DNA of 63,678 bases, filler included, from Acidimicrobiia bacterium (GTDB lineage: Bacteria; Actinomycetota; Acidimicrobiia; Spongiisociales; SHLN01), in the NCBI GenBank assembly GCA_041619515.1. It is 3 parts of 3 records of this genome, joined end to end, with 100 filler letters (N's around TTAATTAATTAA, not from the genome) between each part and the next. Parts side by side here need not be neighbours in the genome. Positions count along the whole stretch, not along the records: positions 22,116 to 43,924 come from JBFKDW010000052.1; 2 more parts are not named here. The stretch is one strand, 5' to 3'. A program made the translations under genes and the position numbers. The first letter of the stretch is position 1, and every line of letters begins with the position of its first letter. Below the pieces are notes generated by a model that made no database searches, was not told where the DNA came from, and worked only from the letters and a program-made list of their open reading frames with translations. Below, piece by piece: positions 25,558-35,518 of this stretch.

Positions 25558-25743
25558 TCAGGCGCCGAATCGCTCCTCAAACCGGTTCAGCGCCTGCCGC
25601 AGTTCCTGCGAAACGCTGGGGAGCCCCTGGACGACCGGGGGAGCGACCTCGTCACCATGGCGGGGAAGGATCCGCCTGGCGGCGGCGACCCCGGCGGCTG
25701 ATGCGACTCCGAGCAAACTCAGGAACTTCAAGGTTCGTTTCAT
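25558..25743 (-). CDS. Small hypothetical protein (61 aa)
   Basis: GGGGAG SD before ATG; N-terminal hydrophobic stretch. Confidence 0.55.
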   Translation of the reverse strand: MKRTLKFLSLLGVASAAGVAAARRILPRHGDEVAPPVVQGLPSVSQELRQALNRFEERFGA

Positions 25744-25801
25744 ACTCCCCGTATCGGCAGGTTCGCTCCCCGGCTTCAGTCCCGGTCCCTAGCCTGCGTG
25801 G

Positions 25802-27007
25802 GTGGAGCCGGCACCATTCATCACCTCCCAGAGGCGCAGGCTCGCCATCGGTAGCCTGCTGATGTGGGTCATGGTGGCGGCGACTGCCGCCACGGTGACG
25901 ATCCCGGTCATCGCTTCCTTCCTCATCGACGACTTCGGCATCAGCCGAACCCAGCTGGGCGGCCTGGGCCTGGTGGGGGGTGTGGTGTCGGCGGTGGTAT
26001 CGCCGTCGGCCGGCCGGTTGACCGACCGCATCGGTGGCCGCAACGCGGCCCTCGTCGTCCTGGGAGGCGCCGCGGCAGCGGCCTTGCTGTTTGCGGTCGC
26101 ACCCGTCTTCGGAGCGATGTTTGCCGGGGCACTGGTGGCCGCCATCACCGGAGCTGCCGGCAATCCGAGCACCAACAAGCTCATTGCTGCCATGGTGGAG
26201 CCGGGCAGGCGAGGGGGCATCACCGGGCTCAAGCAGACCGGGCCGCAGGTGGGGAGCTTGGCGGCCGGCTTGCTGGCCCCGTGGGGAGCAACCGTGTTCG
26301 GCTGGCGGCCCACCGTTCTGGCAATGGGGGTGCTCCTGGCCCTGCCGATTCCCTTCTTCGTGCGCACCATCCCCCCCGACCGATCCCGCATCCTCGATGC
26401 GCCCAGTCCGACCGACCCGCTGCCGGCGGCCATCTGGTGGGTCGCAGCCTATGGCTTGCTACTCGGCTTCGGTGGATCGGCCACCTTCCTGCTGCCGCTG
26501 TTCGTCGAGGAAAGCCTCGGGCAGTCTGCCCGCGTCGCCGGGACCGCGGCGGCGCTTCTCGGCGGGGTGGCCATCGTCGGCAGGCTGCAATGGGCACGCC
26601 TCGTCGAGCAGAAGGCAAGCCCGGCTCCCACGCTGGCGTTCCTTGCCGTCTCATCCGTAGTGGCGATGAGCCTGATGCTCGTGTCGATCCGCTCGGGCAT
26701 CACCTGGATGTGGCTGGGGGCGATCGTCCTCGGGTTGTCGGCCAGCTCGTGGACTTCGGTCGGCGCCATCGCTGTGATTGCGATCGCCGGGCCGGCGGCC
26801 GCCGGCCGGGCCTCGGGCATCGTGTGGTTCGGGTTCCTCGCCGGGCTCGGCCTCGGCCCACCCCTGTATGGCTTCACCGTCGACCGGACGGGCTCCTATG
26901 CCCCGATGTGGTGGATCGCTCTCGGGTCGTTCACGCTGGCGGCGGTGCTGGCGCTTGCCTGGATGCGAGCCAATCGCCGGCTTCAGTCGGCCGAGATGTC
27001 TGCATAG
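25802..27007 (+). CDS. MFS transporter
   Basis: About 12 TM segments; motif A GRLTDRIGGR. Confidence 0.92.
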   Translation: MEPAPFITSQRRRLAIGSLLMWVMVAATAATVTIPVIASFLIDDFGISRTQLGGLGLVGGVVSAVVSPSAGRLTDRIGGRNAALVVLGGAAAAALLFAVAPVFGAMFAGALVAAITGAAGNPSTNKLIAAMVEPGRRGGITGLKQTGPQVGSLAAGLLAPWGATVFGWRPTVLAMGVLLALPIPFFVRTIPPDRSRILDAPSPTDPLPAAIWWVAAYGLLLGFGGSATFLLPLFVEESLGQSARVAGTAAALLGGVAIVGRLQWARLVEQKASPAPTLAFLAVSSVVAMSLMLVSIRSGITWMWLGAIVLGLSASSWTSVGAIAVIAIAGPAAAGRASGIVWFGFLAGLGLGPPLYGFTVDRTGSYAPMWWIALGSFTLAAVLALAWMRANRRLQSAEMSA

Positions 27008-27825
27008 GCGTCCGGCCGCCGATCGCGATAGAACGCCCAATGCCTCCGCACCTCTTCGATGAGCCCCATGTCGAGATCGCGTACCAGGACCTCGTCCTCG
27101 GTGTCGGAGGCCGGGTCCCCGATGAGCTGGCCCCGGGGACTGGCGAAGTATGAGGAGCCGTAATAGTCGGTGTCGGTCAAGCCCTCGGCCCCGACCCGGT
27201 TGATCGCCCCGACGAAATACTCGTTGGCGACGGCGGCTGCCGGCTGCTCGAGCTGCCACAGATAGCGAGAATGCCCGCGGGTCGTTGCCGAGGGGTTGAA
27301 GACGATCTTGGCTCCCTTCAGCCCGAGCACTCGCCACCCCTCGGGGAAGTGGCGGTCGTAGCAGATGTAGACGCCGATACGCCCCACCGCCGTGTCGAAG
27401 ACCGGGTAGCCGAGGTTGCCGGGGCGGAAGTAGAACTTCTCCCAGAAGCCCTCCACCTGCGGGATGTGGGTCTTGCGGTAGATGCCGAGGAACGAGCCGT
27501 CGGCGTCGATGACGGCCGACGTGTTGAAGAAGGTGCCTTCGTCGACCCGTTCATAGATGGGAACGACCAGCACCATCTCGGTTTCCTTTGCCAGGGCGAC
27601 CATTCGCTGGATGGTCGGCCCCCCCGGAATCTCTTCGGCCTCGTCGTAGTAGCGGGGGTCCTGGACATTACAGAAGTAGGAGCTGCTGAAGATCTCCTGG
27701 AAGCACAGGACCTGTGCTCCGTCGGCGGCGGCCTGCCGGGCATAGCCGACGTTCTTTTCGATCATCGACTCCTTGTCGCCGGTCCACTCGGCTTGGACGA
27801 GGGCAGCACGTACCGTGCGACTCAA
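26983..27825 (-). CDS. Nitrilase-family hydrolase, beta-ureidopropionase-like
   Basis: CFQE, YRKTHIP, FWEKFYFRPG, YICYDRHFPE. TTG start behind AAGGAGG. Confidence 0.88.
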   Translation of the reverse strand: MSRTVRAALVQAEWTGDKESMIEKNVGYARQAAADGAQVLCFQEIFSSSYFCNVQDPRYYDEAEEIPGGPTIQRMVALAKETEMVLVVPIYERVDEGTFFNTSAVIDADGSFLGIYRKTHIPQVEGFWEKFYFRPGNLGYPVFDTAVGRIGVYICYDRHFPEGWRVLGLKGAKIVFNPSATTRGHSRYLWQLEQPAAAVANEYFVGAINRVGAEGLTDTDYYGSSYFASPRGQLIGDPASDTEDEVLVRDLDMGLIEEVRRHWAFYRDRRPDAYADISAD

Positions 27826-27954
27826 CTTCGACCTCCTTGGGGCGGTGGGCGGATCATACGGGCGCGCCTCGGCCCCGTCCACTGTTGGCCGGCGGGATTG
27901 GAATCGGCCCCTGATGATCGGCGACTACGCTGCGCCGCGGGAGGACGACTTCTT

Positions 27955-28911
27955 GTGCCCAGGTATCTCACAGTTGCCGCTGCCCAGATGGGGCCGATTC
28001 AGCGGGCCGATGCCCGCCCCGAGGTAGTCGAACGGCTCATCGGGTTGCTGCGGGACGCTGCCGCCCAGAACGCCGAGTTCGTGGCCTTTCCCGAGCTGGC
28101 CCTCACCACCTTTTTCCCACGCTGGGTGATGCCGATCGAGGAAGCCGACGAGTTCTATGAGACGGAGATGCCCAATGCCCACACCCAGCCCCTGTGGGAT
28201 GAGGCACGGCGCCTGGAAGTGGGTTTTGCGCTGGGGTATGCGCTCAAGACCGGGGACGGCCATCGCTACAACGTCTATCACATGGTCGACAAGGCCGGCA
28301 GCACCGTCGGTGTCTACCGGAAAGTGCACATACCCGGTCATCAGGAGTTCGAGCCGTGGCGGTTGTTTCAGCATGCTGAGCGCCGCTACTTCGAACCGGG
28401 CGACGATTTCCCGGTCTGGAACGCCTTCGGGGCAACGGTCGGCATGGCCATCTGCAACGACCGCCGCTGGTCCGAGACATACCGGGTCATGGGCTTGCAG
28501 GGAGTCGAGCTCATCGTCATCGGCTACAACACGCCGCTCCACTACGCGCCCGATCCCACCCAGACCCCGCTGCAGTCTTTCCACAACCACCTCGTGATGC
28601 AGGCCGGGGCCTACCAGAATGGGACCTACGTGATCGGAGTCGCAAAAGGGGGGATCGAGGAAGGGGTGGAGTCGCTCGCCCAGTCCGCCATCATCGCCCC
28701 GTCCGGACAGATGATCCGGCAGGCGGTGACCACCGGTGACGAGGTGATCGTCGCTCGCATCGACCTGGAACAAACCAAGTTCTACAAGGGGACCCTGTTC
28801 GACTTCGAGCGCTACCGGGTCCCCGCCGCCTATCGCAAGATCGCTGAAGCCGGTGTCGAAGCCGAGATCCAGACGCTCGACCTGGCCGAGACCGCGCTCG
28901 AGCAGGCCTAG
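27955..28911 (+). CDS. N-carbamoyl-D-amino-acid amidohydrolase
   Basis: FPELALTTFFPRW, YRKVHIPGH, ICNDRRW.E.YRVMGLQGVE, GYNTP, QAGAYQNG. Confidence 0.9.
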   Translation: MPRYLTVAAAQMGPIQRADARPEVVERLIGLLRDAAAQNAEFVAFPELALTTFFPRWVMPIEEADEFYETEMPNAHTQPLWDEARRLEVGFALGYALKTGDGHRYNVYHMVDKAGSTVGVYRKVHIPGHQEFEPWRLFQHAERRYFEPGDDFPVWNAFGATVGMAICNDRRWSETYRVMGLQGVELIVIGYNTPLHYAPDPTQTPLQSFHNHLVMQAGAYQNGTYVIGVAKGGIEEGVESLAQSAIIAPSGQMIRQAVTTGDEVIVARIDLEQTKFYKGTLFDFERYRVPAAYRKIAEAGVEAEIQTLDLAETALEQA

Positions 28912-30452
28912 CTCGACACCTTCTCGGAGATGGTCTTCTCCGCCAGGTACTGGCGCAGGTAGTACGGCCCGCCGGCCTTGACCGTTGTCCCCGACAGGCG
29001 CAGTCCGCCGAAAGGCTGCAGGCCGACGAAGGCACCGGTGATCTTGCGGTTCAGGTACAGGTTCCCCACCTCGAACTCGCGCTTGGCCCGGTCGAGCCGC
29101 TGGCGGTCGGCGGAGATCACGCCTCCGGTCAGCCCGAACATGGTGCCGTTGGCGATGTCGAGCGCCTGGTCGAAGTCGCGTGCCCGGATGACCGAGACCA
29201 CCGGCCCGAAGATCTCCTCCTGGGCGAGCTGCGAGTCGGGCTCGACGTCGACGAAGACGGTCGGGGTCACATAGTGCCCGGAATCCGGCCCGGCCTCCCC
29301 GCCCGAGAGCAGGCGGGCCGTCTGCTTGCCGATGTCGATGTAGTGGAGGCTCTTGGCTTTGGCCCGCTCGTTGATCAGGGCGCTGAGATCAGGGTTCTCG
29401 TCGGCCGGGCCCACGGCCAGCTCGGCCGTCAGCGCCGAGAATCGGTCTACGAGCTCGTCGTGGATCTCGTCGACGGCGATGAGCCTGCTCATGGCCGAGC
29501 ACTTCTGACCGCTGAATCCATAGCCGCTCGCCACCGCAACCCGGGCGGCGTAGTCGAGGTCGGCGGTCTCGTCGACGATGAGGGCGTCCTTGCCCCCCAT
29601 CTCCAGACCCACCTTCTTTATCCACAGCTGGCCGGGATGTACTGCGGCGGCCCGCTGGTTGATCCGGATGCCCGTGTTGAGGGATCCGGTGAAGTTGATG
29701 AAGCGGGTGCGGGCGTGGTCGACCAGATAGTCGCCGATATCGGCATCGGCGCCCGTCACCAGGTTGAAGACGCCGGCGGGAAAGCCGGCCTCTTCCGCGC
29801 ATTCGATGAACTTGTGAGCGATGATGGGCGTATCGGGGGAGGGTTTGAGCACGAGCGTGTTCCCGACCACGGCCGGACCAATTGCCATCCCCGTGAAGAT
29901 GGCCAGCGGGAAGTTCCAGGGAGCAATCACCGCCCCCGCCCCGAGCGGGACCAGAACCGCAGTGTTGTTCTCACCCGGGCTGGGGTAGGTCTCGTGCTCT
30001 CCGTCCAGGGCCGGCGCCTGCGCGGCGTAGTACTCGCAGAAGTCGATTGCTTCGGCGACGTCGGCGTCGGCTTCCGGATAATTCTTGGCCGCCTCGAAGG
30101 TCATCCAGGCGGCCAGCTCGAACCGGCGGGAGCGCATGACGTCGGCGAGGCGGCGAACGAGGGCGATGCGATCATCCATCGGCCGCCCGGCCCACGGGCC
30201 GAACGCCTGCCAGGCGGCGGCGAGCGCCTCATCGATCTGTTGCGGTCGGCCCCGGGCCGAGCGGCCCACGAGCTCGCTGGTGCGGGCCGGGTTGTGGGAT
30301 TCGATCCAGTCGCCGGTGTCGACCTGTTTCCCTCCGATGACCATCGGATAGTCGGCACCGAGCATTCCCTTCACCTCGACCAGCGCCGACCGGTACGCGT
30401 CGACGTTGGCGGGAACGGTGAAATCGGTCAGGGTCTCGTTGGTGAACGCCAC
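28908..30452 (-). CDS. pruA: L-glutamate gamma-semialdehyde (P5C) dehydrogenase, RocA/PruA type
   Basis: [55 protein letters not shown] start behind AAGGAGG. Confidence 0.92.
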   Translation of the reverse strand: MAFTNETLTDFTVPANVDAYRSALVEVKGMLGADYPMVIGGKQVDTGDWIESHNPARTSELVGRSARGRPQQIDEALAAAWQAFGPWAGRPMDDRIALVRRLADVMRSRRFELAAWMTFEAAKNYPEADADVAEAIDFCEYYAAQAPALDGEHETYPSPGENNTAVLVPLGAGAVIAPWNFPLAIFTGMAIGPAVVGNTLVLKPSPDTPIIAHKFIECAEEAGFPAGVFNLVTGADADIGDYLVDHARTRFINFTGSLNTGIRINQRAAAVHPGQLWIKKVGLEMGGKDALIVDETADLDYAARVAVASGYGFSGQKCSAMSRLIAVDEIHDELVDRFSALTAELAVGPADENPDLSALINERAKAKSLHYIDIGKQTARLLSGGEAGPDSGHYVTPTVFVDVEPDSQLAQEEIFGPVVSVIRARDFDQALDIANGTMFGLTGGVISADRQRLDRAKREFEVGNLYLNRKITGAFVGLQPFGGLRLSGTTVKAGGPYYLRQYLAEKTISEKVSS

Positions 30453-30488
30453 GGTTGCCTCCTTGGCTGGGAGGCTAACGTCCTGAGC

Positions 30489-31001
30489 GTGATCCACGGC
30501 GACCACCCCTTTCAGACCCCGCCGGCGGACCGGGATCCGGTCCGGCAGTTCCGCGGCCGCCTCGTGGCCCCGGTGACCCTGGTCACGGCGGGCGGGCCGG
30601 GGAGCGAGGCGGCGCTCACCGTTTCCTCCCTGGTGGTGGCCGAGGGCGACCCTGCTTCGGTGGTGATGCTGATCGGCCCGGCCACCGACCTGGCGGAGCG
30701 CATCGAGCTCACCGAGCGATTCATCGTCCACATACTCGACTCCTCGCATCGGGAAGATGCGGACGCATTCGCCGGCATCCGGCCGCGTCCGGGAGGCCCG
30801 TTCCACGGAGTCGCATTCGAGCACACAGACTGGGGGCCGGCAGTGGCTGGAGCTGCCAACCGCCTCTATTGCCGGCTGGCGTCGGTGACCGGCCTGCCGT
30901 TCCACAATCTGGTTCAGGGCACGATCGAGCAAGTGGAGGTCGGCGAACTCCACGACCCGGCGGTCTACTTCCGTGGGGAGCATCGAAAGCTGGCGCCCTG
31001 A
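30489..31001 (+). CDS. Flavin reductase family protein
   Basis: RQFRGRL..PVTLVTAG, LTVSS, H.LV.G, P.VYFRG. Confidence 0.82.
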   Translation: MIHGDHPFQTPPADRDPVRQFRGRLVAPVTLVTAGGPGSEAALTVSSLVVAEGDPASVVMLIGPATDLAERIELTERFIVHILDSSHREDADAFAGIRPRPGGPFHGVAFEHTDWGPAVAGAANRLYCRLASVTGLPFHNLVQGTIEQVEVGELHDPAVYFRGEHRKLAP

Positions 31002-31011
31002 GCCTCGGAGG

Positions 31012-32190
31012 CTAGGTCACCTTCCGCAGCGGGTCCGCCAGGTTGCCCCGCCTGGCAACCTGGACCTCACCCAACCCGAGCCATTCGGCCATGAGTCGCA
31101 ACTCGGCGGCCATCTCGGCTGCCACCCGTCCCGGATCCCGGCCCGCCTCCGAGAACGCACCAAGCGCACGCAGCACTCCCGCTTTCCGGTCGGCTTTCAC
31201 GTCGACCCGGGCCACCAGGTCACCGTCGAGCAGGAACGGGTAGACGTAGTACCCGAACCGACGTTTCGGCTTCGGAACGTAGATCTCGATCCGATACCGA
31301 AACCCGAACAGCCGGGCCGCCCGGTCCCGTTTCCACACCACCGGGTCGAACGGCGAGAGCAAGGCCCGGCCGCGGACGCGGCGGGGAAGGGTGGCGGCCG
31401 GGTGCAGGTAGGCGGTCTGATTCCATCCTTCTACCCGCACCTCTTCGAGCTCGCCGGCGGACACCAACTCGTCGAGCCACGGGCGGGCCTGAGGGACCGT
31501 GATGCGGTAGTAGTCGGCGATGTCCGAGGCGGTCCCGACGCCGTGGGCGCGGGCACCCCGCAGCACCATCTCTCGCTGCGCGTCCGGGCGCGGCATGGGG
31601 TTGTCCAGCAGCGACGGGTGGAAGACTCGTTCCGGAAGGTCGTAGATGGACACGAAGGTGGGGGTCCGGCCGCGGATGGTGAGGCGGCCAGACGCGTACA
31701 GCCAGTCGAGAGCGACTTTGCCGCGGCCGTGACCCCACCAGGGCCCGGTTCTGCTGCCCGAGTCCGACAGCTGCGAAACCGTGAGAGGACCCCGCTCGGC
31801 CACTTCCTCATAGACCTGCTCGAAGTACTCGGGATGGTCGCGCAGCACCTGCTGCGTCCGCGGGCCGGGACGGGCCTCCTGCATGCGGTGGCCGAACATC
31901 GGCAGGTCGGAGGCCGGCAGCACCGACGCTTCGTGGCCGAGATACTCGAACATCTCCGGGCCGTTGATCCAGCGGTCGAGTGCGTGGCGATCGTACAAAC
32001 CCAGCCGGGAGAACATCGGCATGTAGTGGGCGCGCACCGCCACATTGACCGAATCGAGCTGCAACAGGTGGATGCTGCCGACAACCCTCCGAAAATGCCG
32101 CACGTCGATGCGGCCTGCCGGCCGCGGCCGGGCGAAGCCCTGGGCGGCGAGCGCGAGGCGACGAGCCTGGGAGAGGGTCAGAGATCGCAT
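31012..32190 (-). CDS. YcaQ/AlkZ (HTH_42) DNA crosslink-repair glycosylase
   Basis: LQLDSVN...RAHY...FSRLG (QxD), LLSPFDP, FRYRIEIYVP..KR.FGYY. Confidence 0.9.
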   Translation of the reverse strand: MRSLTLSQARRLALAAQGFARPRPAGRIDVRHFRRVVGSIHLLQLDSVNVAVRAHYMPMFSRLGLYDRHALDRWINGPEMFEYLGHEASVLPASDLPMFGHRMQEARPGPRTQQVLRDHPEYFEQVYEEVAERGPLTVSQLSDSGSRTGPWWGHGRGKVALDWLYASGRLTIRGRTPTFVSIYDLPERVFHPSLLDNPMPRPDAQREMVLRGARAHGVGTASDIADYYRITVPQARPWLDELVSAGELEEVRVEGWNQTAYLHPAATLPRRVRGRALLSPFDPVVWKRDRAARLFGFRYRIEIYVPKPKRRFGYYVYPFLLDGDLVARVDVKADRKAGVLRALGAFSEAGRDPGRVAAEMAAELRLMAEWLGLGEVQVARRGNLADPLRKVT

Positions 32191-32212
32191 TGGCCGCAGC
32201 TACGCTACCCGG

Positions 32213-33526
32213 ATGACCAGCGACACCCGGCGGGTGTGGCTCACGACCCTCGGTTGCGCCAAGAACCAGGTCGACTCGGACAAGCTCTCCGCCGTTCTCG
32301 AACAATCCGGCTATGTGGCGGCCACCTCGCTCGACGAGGCCGACGTCGTGATGGTCAACACCTGTGCGTTCATCGAAGAGGCGCGCCGCGAGTCGGTCGA
32401 CACGATCATCGACATGGAGACCGCCAAGCGCGACGACGCCAGCCTGGTCGTGCTCGGCTGCATGGCACAGCGATTCGGGATGCAGGTGACAGAGGCCTTT
32501 CCGCAGGCCGACGCCGTGCTCGGCCTCGACCGGTACGGGGAGCTGGTCGGCACGCTGGATCGTCTCACCGGCTGGCAGCCGGTCCGTTTGACCCACAGCC
32601 CGATGGACATCCTCTACACCATCCGCCGTCCCACCCTGACCACGCCCTACGCCTACGTGAAGGTGGCGGAAGGCTGCGACAAGCCGTGCACCTTCTGTGC
32701 CATCCCGCTCATCCGTGGCAAGCAGCGATCCCGGCCACCCGTCAACATCCGGGAGGAGATCGCCGAGTTGGCGGCCGCCGGTGCCCGCGAGGTTGTGCTG
32801 GTGGCTCAGGACCTCGCCGCATACGGCCGGGACATCGGCGCCCCGGGCGGCATCGAGGACCTGCTGCGATTCCTCTCGGACGTGGACGGCATCGAGTGGA
32901 TCCGCCTGCTCTATCTGTACCCGCGGGAGATCCGACCGGGCCTGATTTCGGAGATCGCCTCCAATCCCAAGCTCGTCCCCTACTTCGATCTCAGCCTGCA
33001 GCACGCCAGCGGACGGCTGCTGCGGGCAATGAAGCGCCCGGGAGACGGCGAGCGACACCTGGCGCTCATCGACGACATACGGGCGGCCGCCCCCGAGGCT
33101 GCCGCCCGCTCCAGCTTCATCGTCGGGTTCCCGGGCGAAACCGAGGGCGATGTCGACGAGCTGGCCGCCTTCTTGGCCGAGGCCAGGCTCGACTGGGCCG
33201 GGTTCTTCCCCTATTCGCCGGAGGAGGGGACGGAGGCGGCCGACCTGCCGGGCCGGGTGGATCCCGAAACGGTGATGGAGCGGCTCCGACACCTCATGTC
33301 CTTCCAGGAGGAGATCACCGCCGAGGCCAACGCTGCCACCGTCGGCCGCACCATGCGAGTCCTCGTCGACGGCCTGGAGGACGGACGGCCCTACGGCCGG
33401 TCGTATCGGGAGGCGCCGGAGATCGATGGGGTCATCGAGTTCGACACCGGCAAGCCGGGTGACTTCGTCAACGTCGAGATCGAAGCCTCCTACGGCAGCG
33501 AGTTGGCGGGTACCGTCGTTGATTGA
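32213..33526 (+). CDS. rimO: Ribosomal protein S12 methylthiotransferase
   Basis: LGCAKNQVDS, NTCAFIEEA, EGCDKPCTFCAIP, YLYP, APEIDG TRAM domain. Confidence 0.95.
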   Translation: MTSDTRRVWLTTLGCAKNQVDSDKLSAVLEQSGYVAATSLDEADVVMVNTCAFIEEARRESVDTIIDMETAKRDDASLVVLGCMAQRFGMQVTEAFPQADAVLGLDRYGELVGTLDRLTGWQPVRLTHSPMDILYTIRRPTLTTPYAYVKVAEGCDKPCTFCAIPLIRGKQRSRPPVNIREEIAELAAAGAREVVLVAQDLAAYGRDIGAPGGIEDLLRFLSDVDGIEWIRLLYLYPREIRPGLISEIASNPKLVPYFDLSLQHASGRLLRAMKRPGDGERHLALIDDIRAAAPEAAARSSFIVGFPGETEGDVDELAAFLAEARLDWAGFFPYSPEEGTEAADLPGRVDPETVMERLRHLMSFQEEITAEANAATVGRTMRVLVDGLEDGRPYGRSYREAPEIDGVIEFDTGKPGDFVNVEIEASYGSELAGTVVD

Positions 33527-34274
33527 TCGGCTCGGGCAGCGGCTGGCGCACTGGTGGGGAACGATGCGCTCGCACCGGCTGGTTCTCGTGCCAAAGCCGC
33601 CCGGGCCCCACATCCGAGCGGAGGTGATCGGGACCAGCGACCCCGCCCCCACCGACTACCACGTGTGGTACTACGGCTCCGGAGTGTGGAAGTCGACCTC
33701 GTGGCTCGAGGTGCGGACGCTCAAGTCGGTCAGCGACATGTGGAACTATCAGGAGATCCTGACCGCGCTCAGGCCGCGCCTGGTCATCGAGTTCGGCACC
33801 GCCTACGGAGGCTCGGCCCTCTTCTTCGCTGCGGTGCTCGAGGGCCTCGGCCTCGACTACCGGGTGCTGACCGTCGACACGCTGCGCAGTCGCATCGACC
33901 GCCGGGTGCTCGATCATCCCGGCATCGAGGTCCTGACCGCTTCCTCGACCGATCCCCTCACCGCCGCCCGCATCGCGGCGGCCCGCAGGGAGTTGCCCGG
34001 CCCGGTGTTCGCCATCCTCGATTCGGATCATTCCGCAGATCATGTGCGCGCAGAGCTCGAGCTGATCACCCCGTTGCTCGAGCCCGGCGACTATCTGGTT
34101 GTCGAGGACTCCAATCTCAACGGCCATCCCGTCCTGCCCGGTTACGGGCCGGGACCGTTCGAAGCCGTCGCCGCCTACCGGGCCGCCCATCCCGACGCCT
34201 ACCGTGGCGACCCCGAGCGCGAGGCCAAGTTCGGTTTCACGTTCTCGCCCGGCGGGTTCCTGATACGACAGTGA
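33519..34274 (+). CDS. CmcI-family O-methyltransferase (rhamnosyl O-methyltransferase-like)
   Basis: KSVSDMWNYQEIL, IEFGTAYGGSA, ILDSDHS, YLVVEDSN. Start is 33519 or 33564. Confidence 0.88.
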   Translation: MIDRLGQRLAHWWGTMRSHRLVLVPKPPGPHIRAEVIGTSDPAPTDYHVWYYGSGVWKSTSWLEVRTLKSVSDMWNYQEILTALRPRLVIEFGTAYGGSALFFAAVLEGLGLDYRVLTVDTLRSRIDRRVLDHPGIEVLTASSTDPLTAARIAAARRELPGPVFAILDSDHSADHVRAELELITPLLEPGDYLVVEDSNLNGHPVLPGYGPGPFEAVAAYRAAHPDAYRGDPEREAKFGFTFSPGGFLIRQ

Positions 34275-34281
34275 GCGACTT

Positions 34282-35517
34282 GTGAACGTCGAAGTGATCG
34301 CCGTCGGCACCGAGCTCCTGCTCGGCCAGATCATCAACACCAACCTGGCCACGATCGGTGAGGCACTTGCCGAGGCCGGCCTCAACACCTACCGGCAGGT
34401 GGTGGTGGGTGACAATCTCGAGCGCTTGTCGCAGGCGATCCGCCAGGCACTCGATGAGTCCGACGCCGTGATCCTGACCGGGGGCATCGGTCCCACTCCG
34501 GATGACATCACCCGCGAGGGGATTTGTGTGGCGACCGGGCTCGCCATGGATTACAGCTCCGAGTGGGCCGCCCATTTGGAAGCCTGGTGGGCGGGACGCG
34601 GGAGGGAGATGCCTCCCAACAACTACCAACAGGCCGAGCATCCGGAGGGGGCGGTGCTCATACCCAATCCGAAGGGGACCGCGCCCGGGCTGGACCTCGA
34701 CGTCGGCGGAAAGCGGATCTTCGCCATGCCCGGCGTCCCTGCCGAGATGAGACCGATGCTTTCCGGCCACGTCATACCGGCGCTGATCGAGCTCGAAGGC
34801 GGGCCCACCGTCCTGCGCAGCCGGGTGCTTCGGTCCTACGGGCTGGGTGAGTCGAAGGTCGCCGACCTTCTCTCCGACATCTACGACGGGCTCACCAACC
34901 CGACGATGGCGTTTCTGGCGTCGGCCGCTGAGATCAAGGTCCGTCTCACTGCCAAGGCGGCGACGGTTGAGGAGGCAGAGGCCCTCATCGCCCCGGTTGA
35001 GGAGGCCGTGCGGGAGCGCCTCGGGACCGTGTTCGGGGCCGACGACGACACGGTGGAGCAGATCATCTTCGATGCTCTCCAACAGCGTGGCTGGACTCTC
35101 GGCACCGCCGAATCGGCGACGGGTGGAATGATCGTCGCTCGCCTCACCGCGGTGCCCGGCGCCTCGAACTACGTACAGGGAAGCGTTGTGTCCTATGCCA
35201 CCGATGTGAAGGAGCGAGTGCTGGGAGTCCCAGCCGACACGCTGGCCGGGGGAGTTGTCAGCGAGGAAACGGCGCTGGCGATGGCGGCAGGTGCCCGTGA
35301 CGTCCTCGACGCCGACGTCGTGGTTGCCGTCACCGGCTCGGCCGGCCCGGACCCGCAGGAACGCGAGGTCGGGACGATGATCATCGCGGTGGTCACGCCC
35401 GAGGACGGCAGGGCTCGCACCGTGCGAATGCCGGGGGACCGGGAGCGGATCCGGACCTACACGACAACGGCGGCCCTCCACCTGGTCCGCCTGGCGGTGA
35501 CGGGGGAGTGGTGGTGA
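34282..35517 (+). CDS. cinA: Competence/damage-inducible protein CinA (NMN deamidase fusion)
   Basis: VGTELLLGQI.NTN, GGIGPTPDDITR, GTAPG, AESATGG, TGSAGP. Confidence 0.94.
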   Translation: MNVEVIAVGTELLLGQIINTNLATIGEALAEAGLNTYRQVVVGDNLERLSQAIRQALDESDAVILTGGIGPTPDDITREGICVATGLAMDYSSEWAAHLEAWWAGRGREMPPNNYQQAEHPEGAVLIPNPKGTAPGLDLDVGGKRIFAMPGVPAEMRPMLSGHVIPALIELEGGPTVLRSRVLRSYGLGESKVADLLSDIYDGLTNPTMAFLASAAEIKVRLTAKAATVEEAEALIAPVEEAVRERLGTVFGADDDTVEQIIFDALQQRGWTLGTAESATGGMIVARLTAVPGASNYVQGSVVSYATDVKERVLGVPADTLAGGVVSEETALAMAAGARDVLDADVVVAVTGSAGPDPQEREVGTMIIAVVTPEDGRARTVRMPGDRERIRTYTTTAALHLVRLAVTGEWW

Positions 35518-35518
35518 G

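Noticed and set aside
31012..32190. AlkZ-like self-resistance gene for the NRPS-PKS product
   Set aside because: QxD motif indicates the housekeeping YcaQ-like subfamily, and it is on a different contig.
30973..33462. Long alternative ORFs (829 aa here; 891 aa at 53351-56026; 691 aa at 28908-30983; 548 aa at 42198-43844)
   Set aside because: High-GC shadow frames or upstream over-extensions of real genes; not true fusions.
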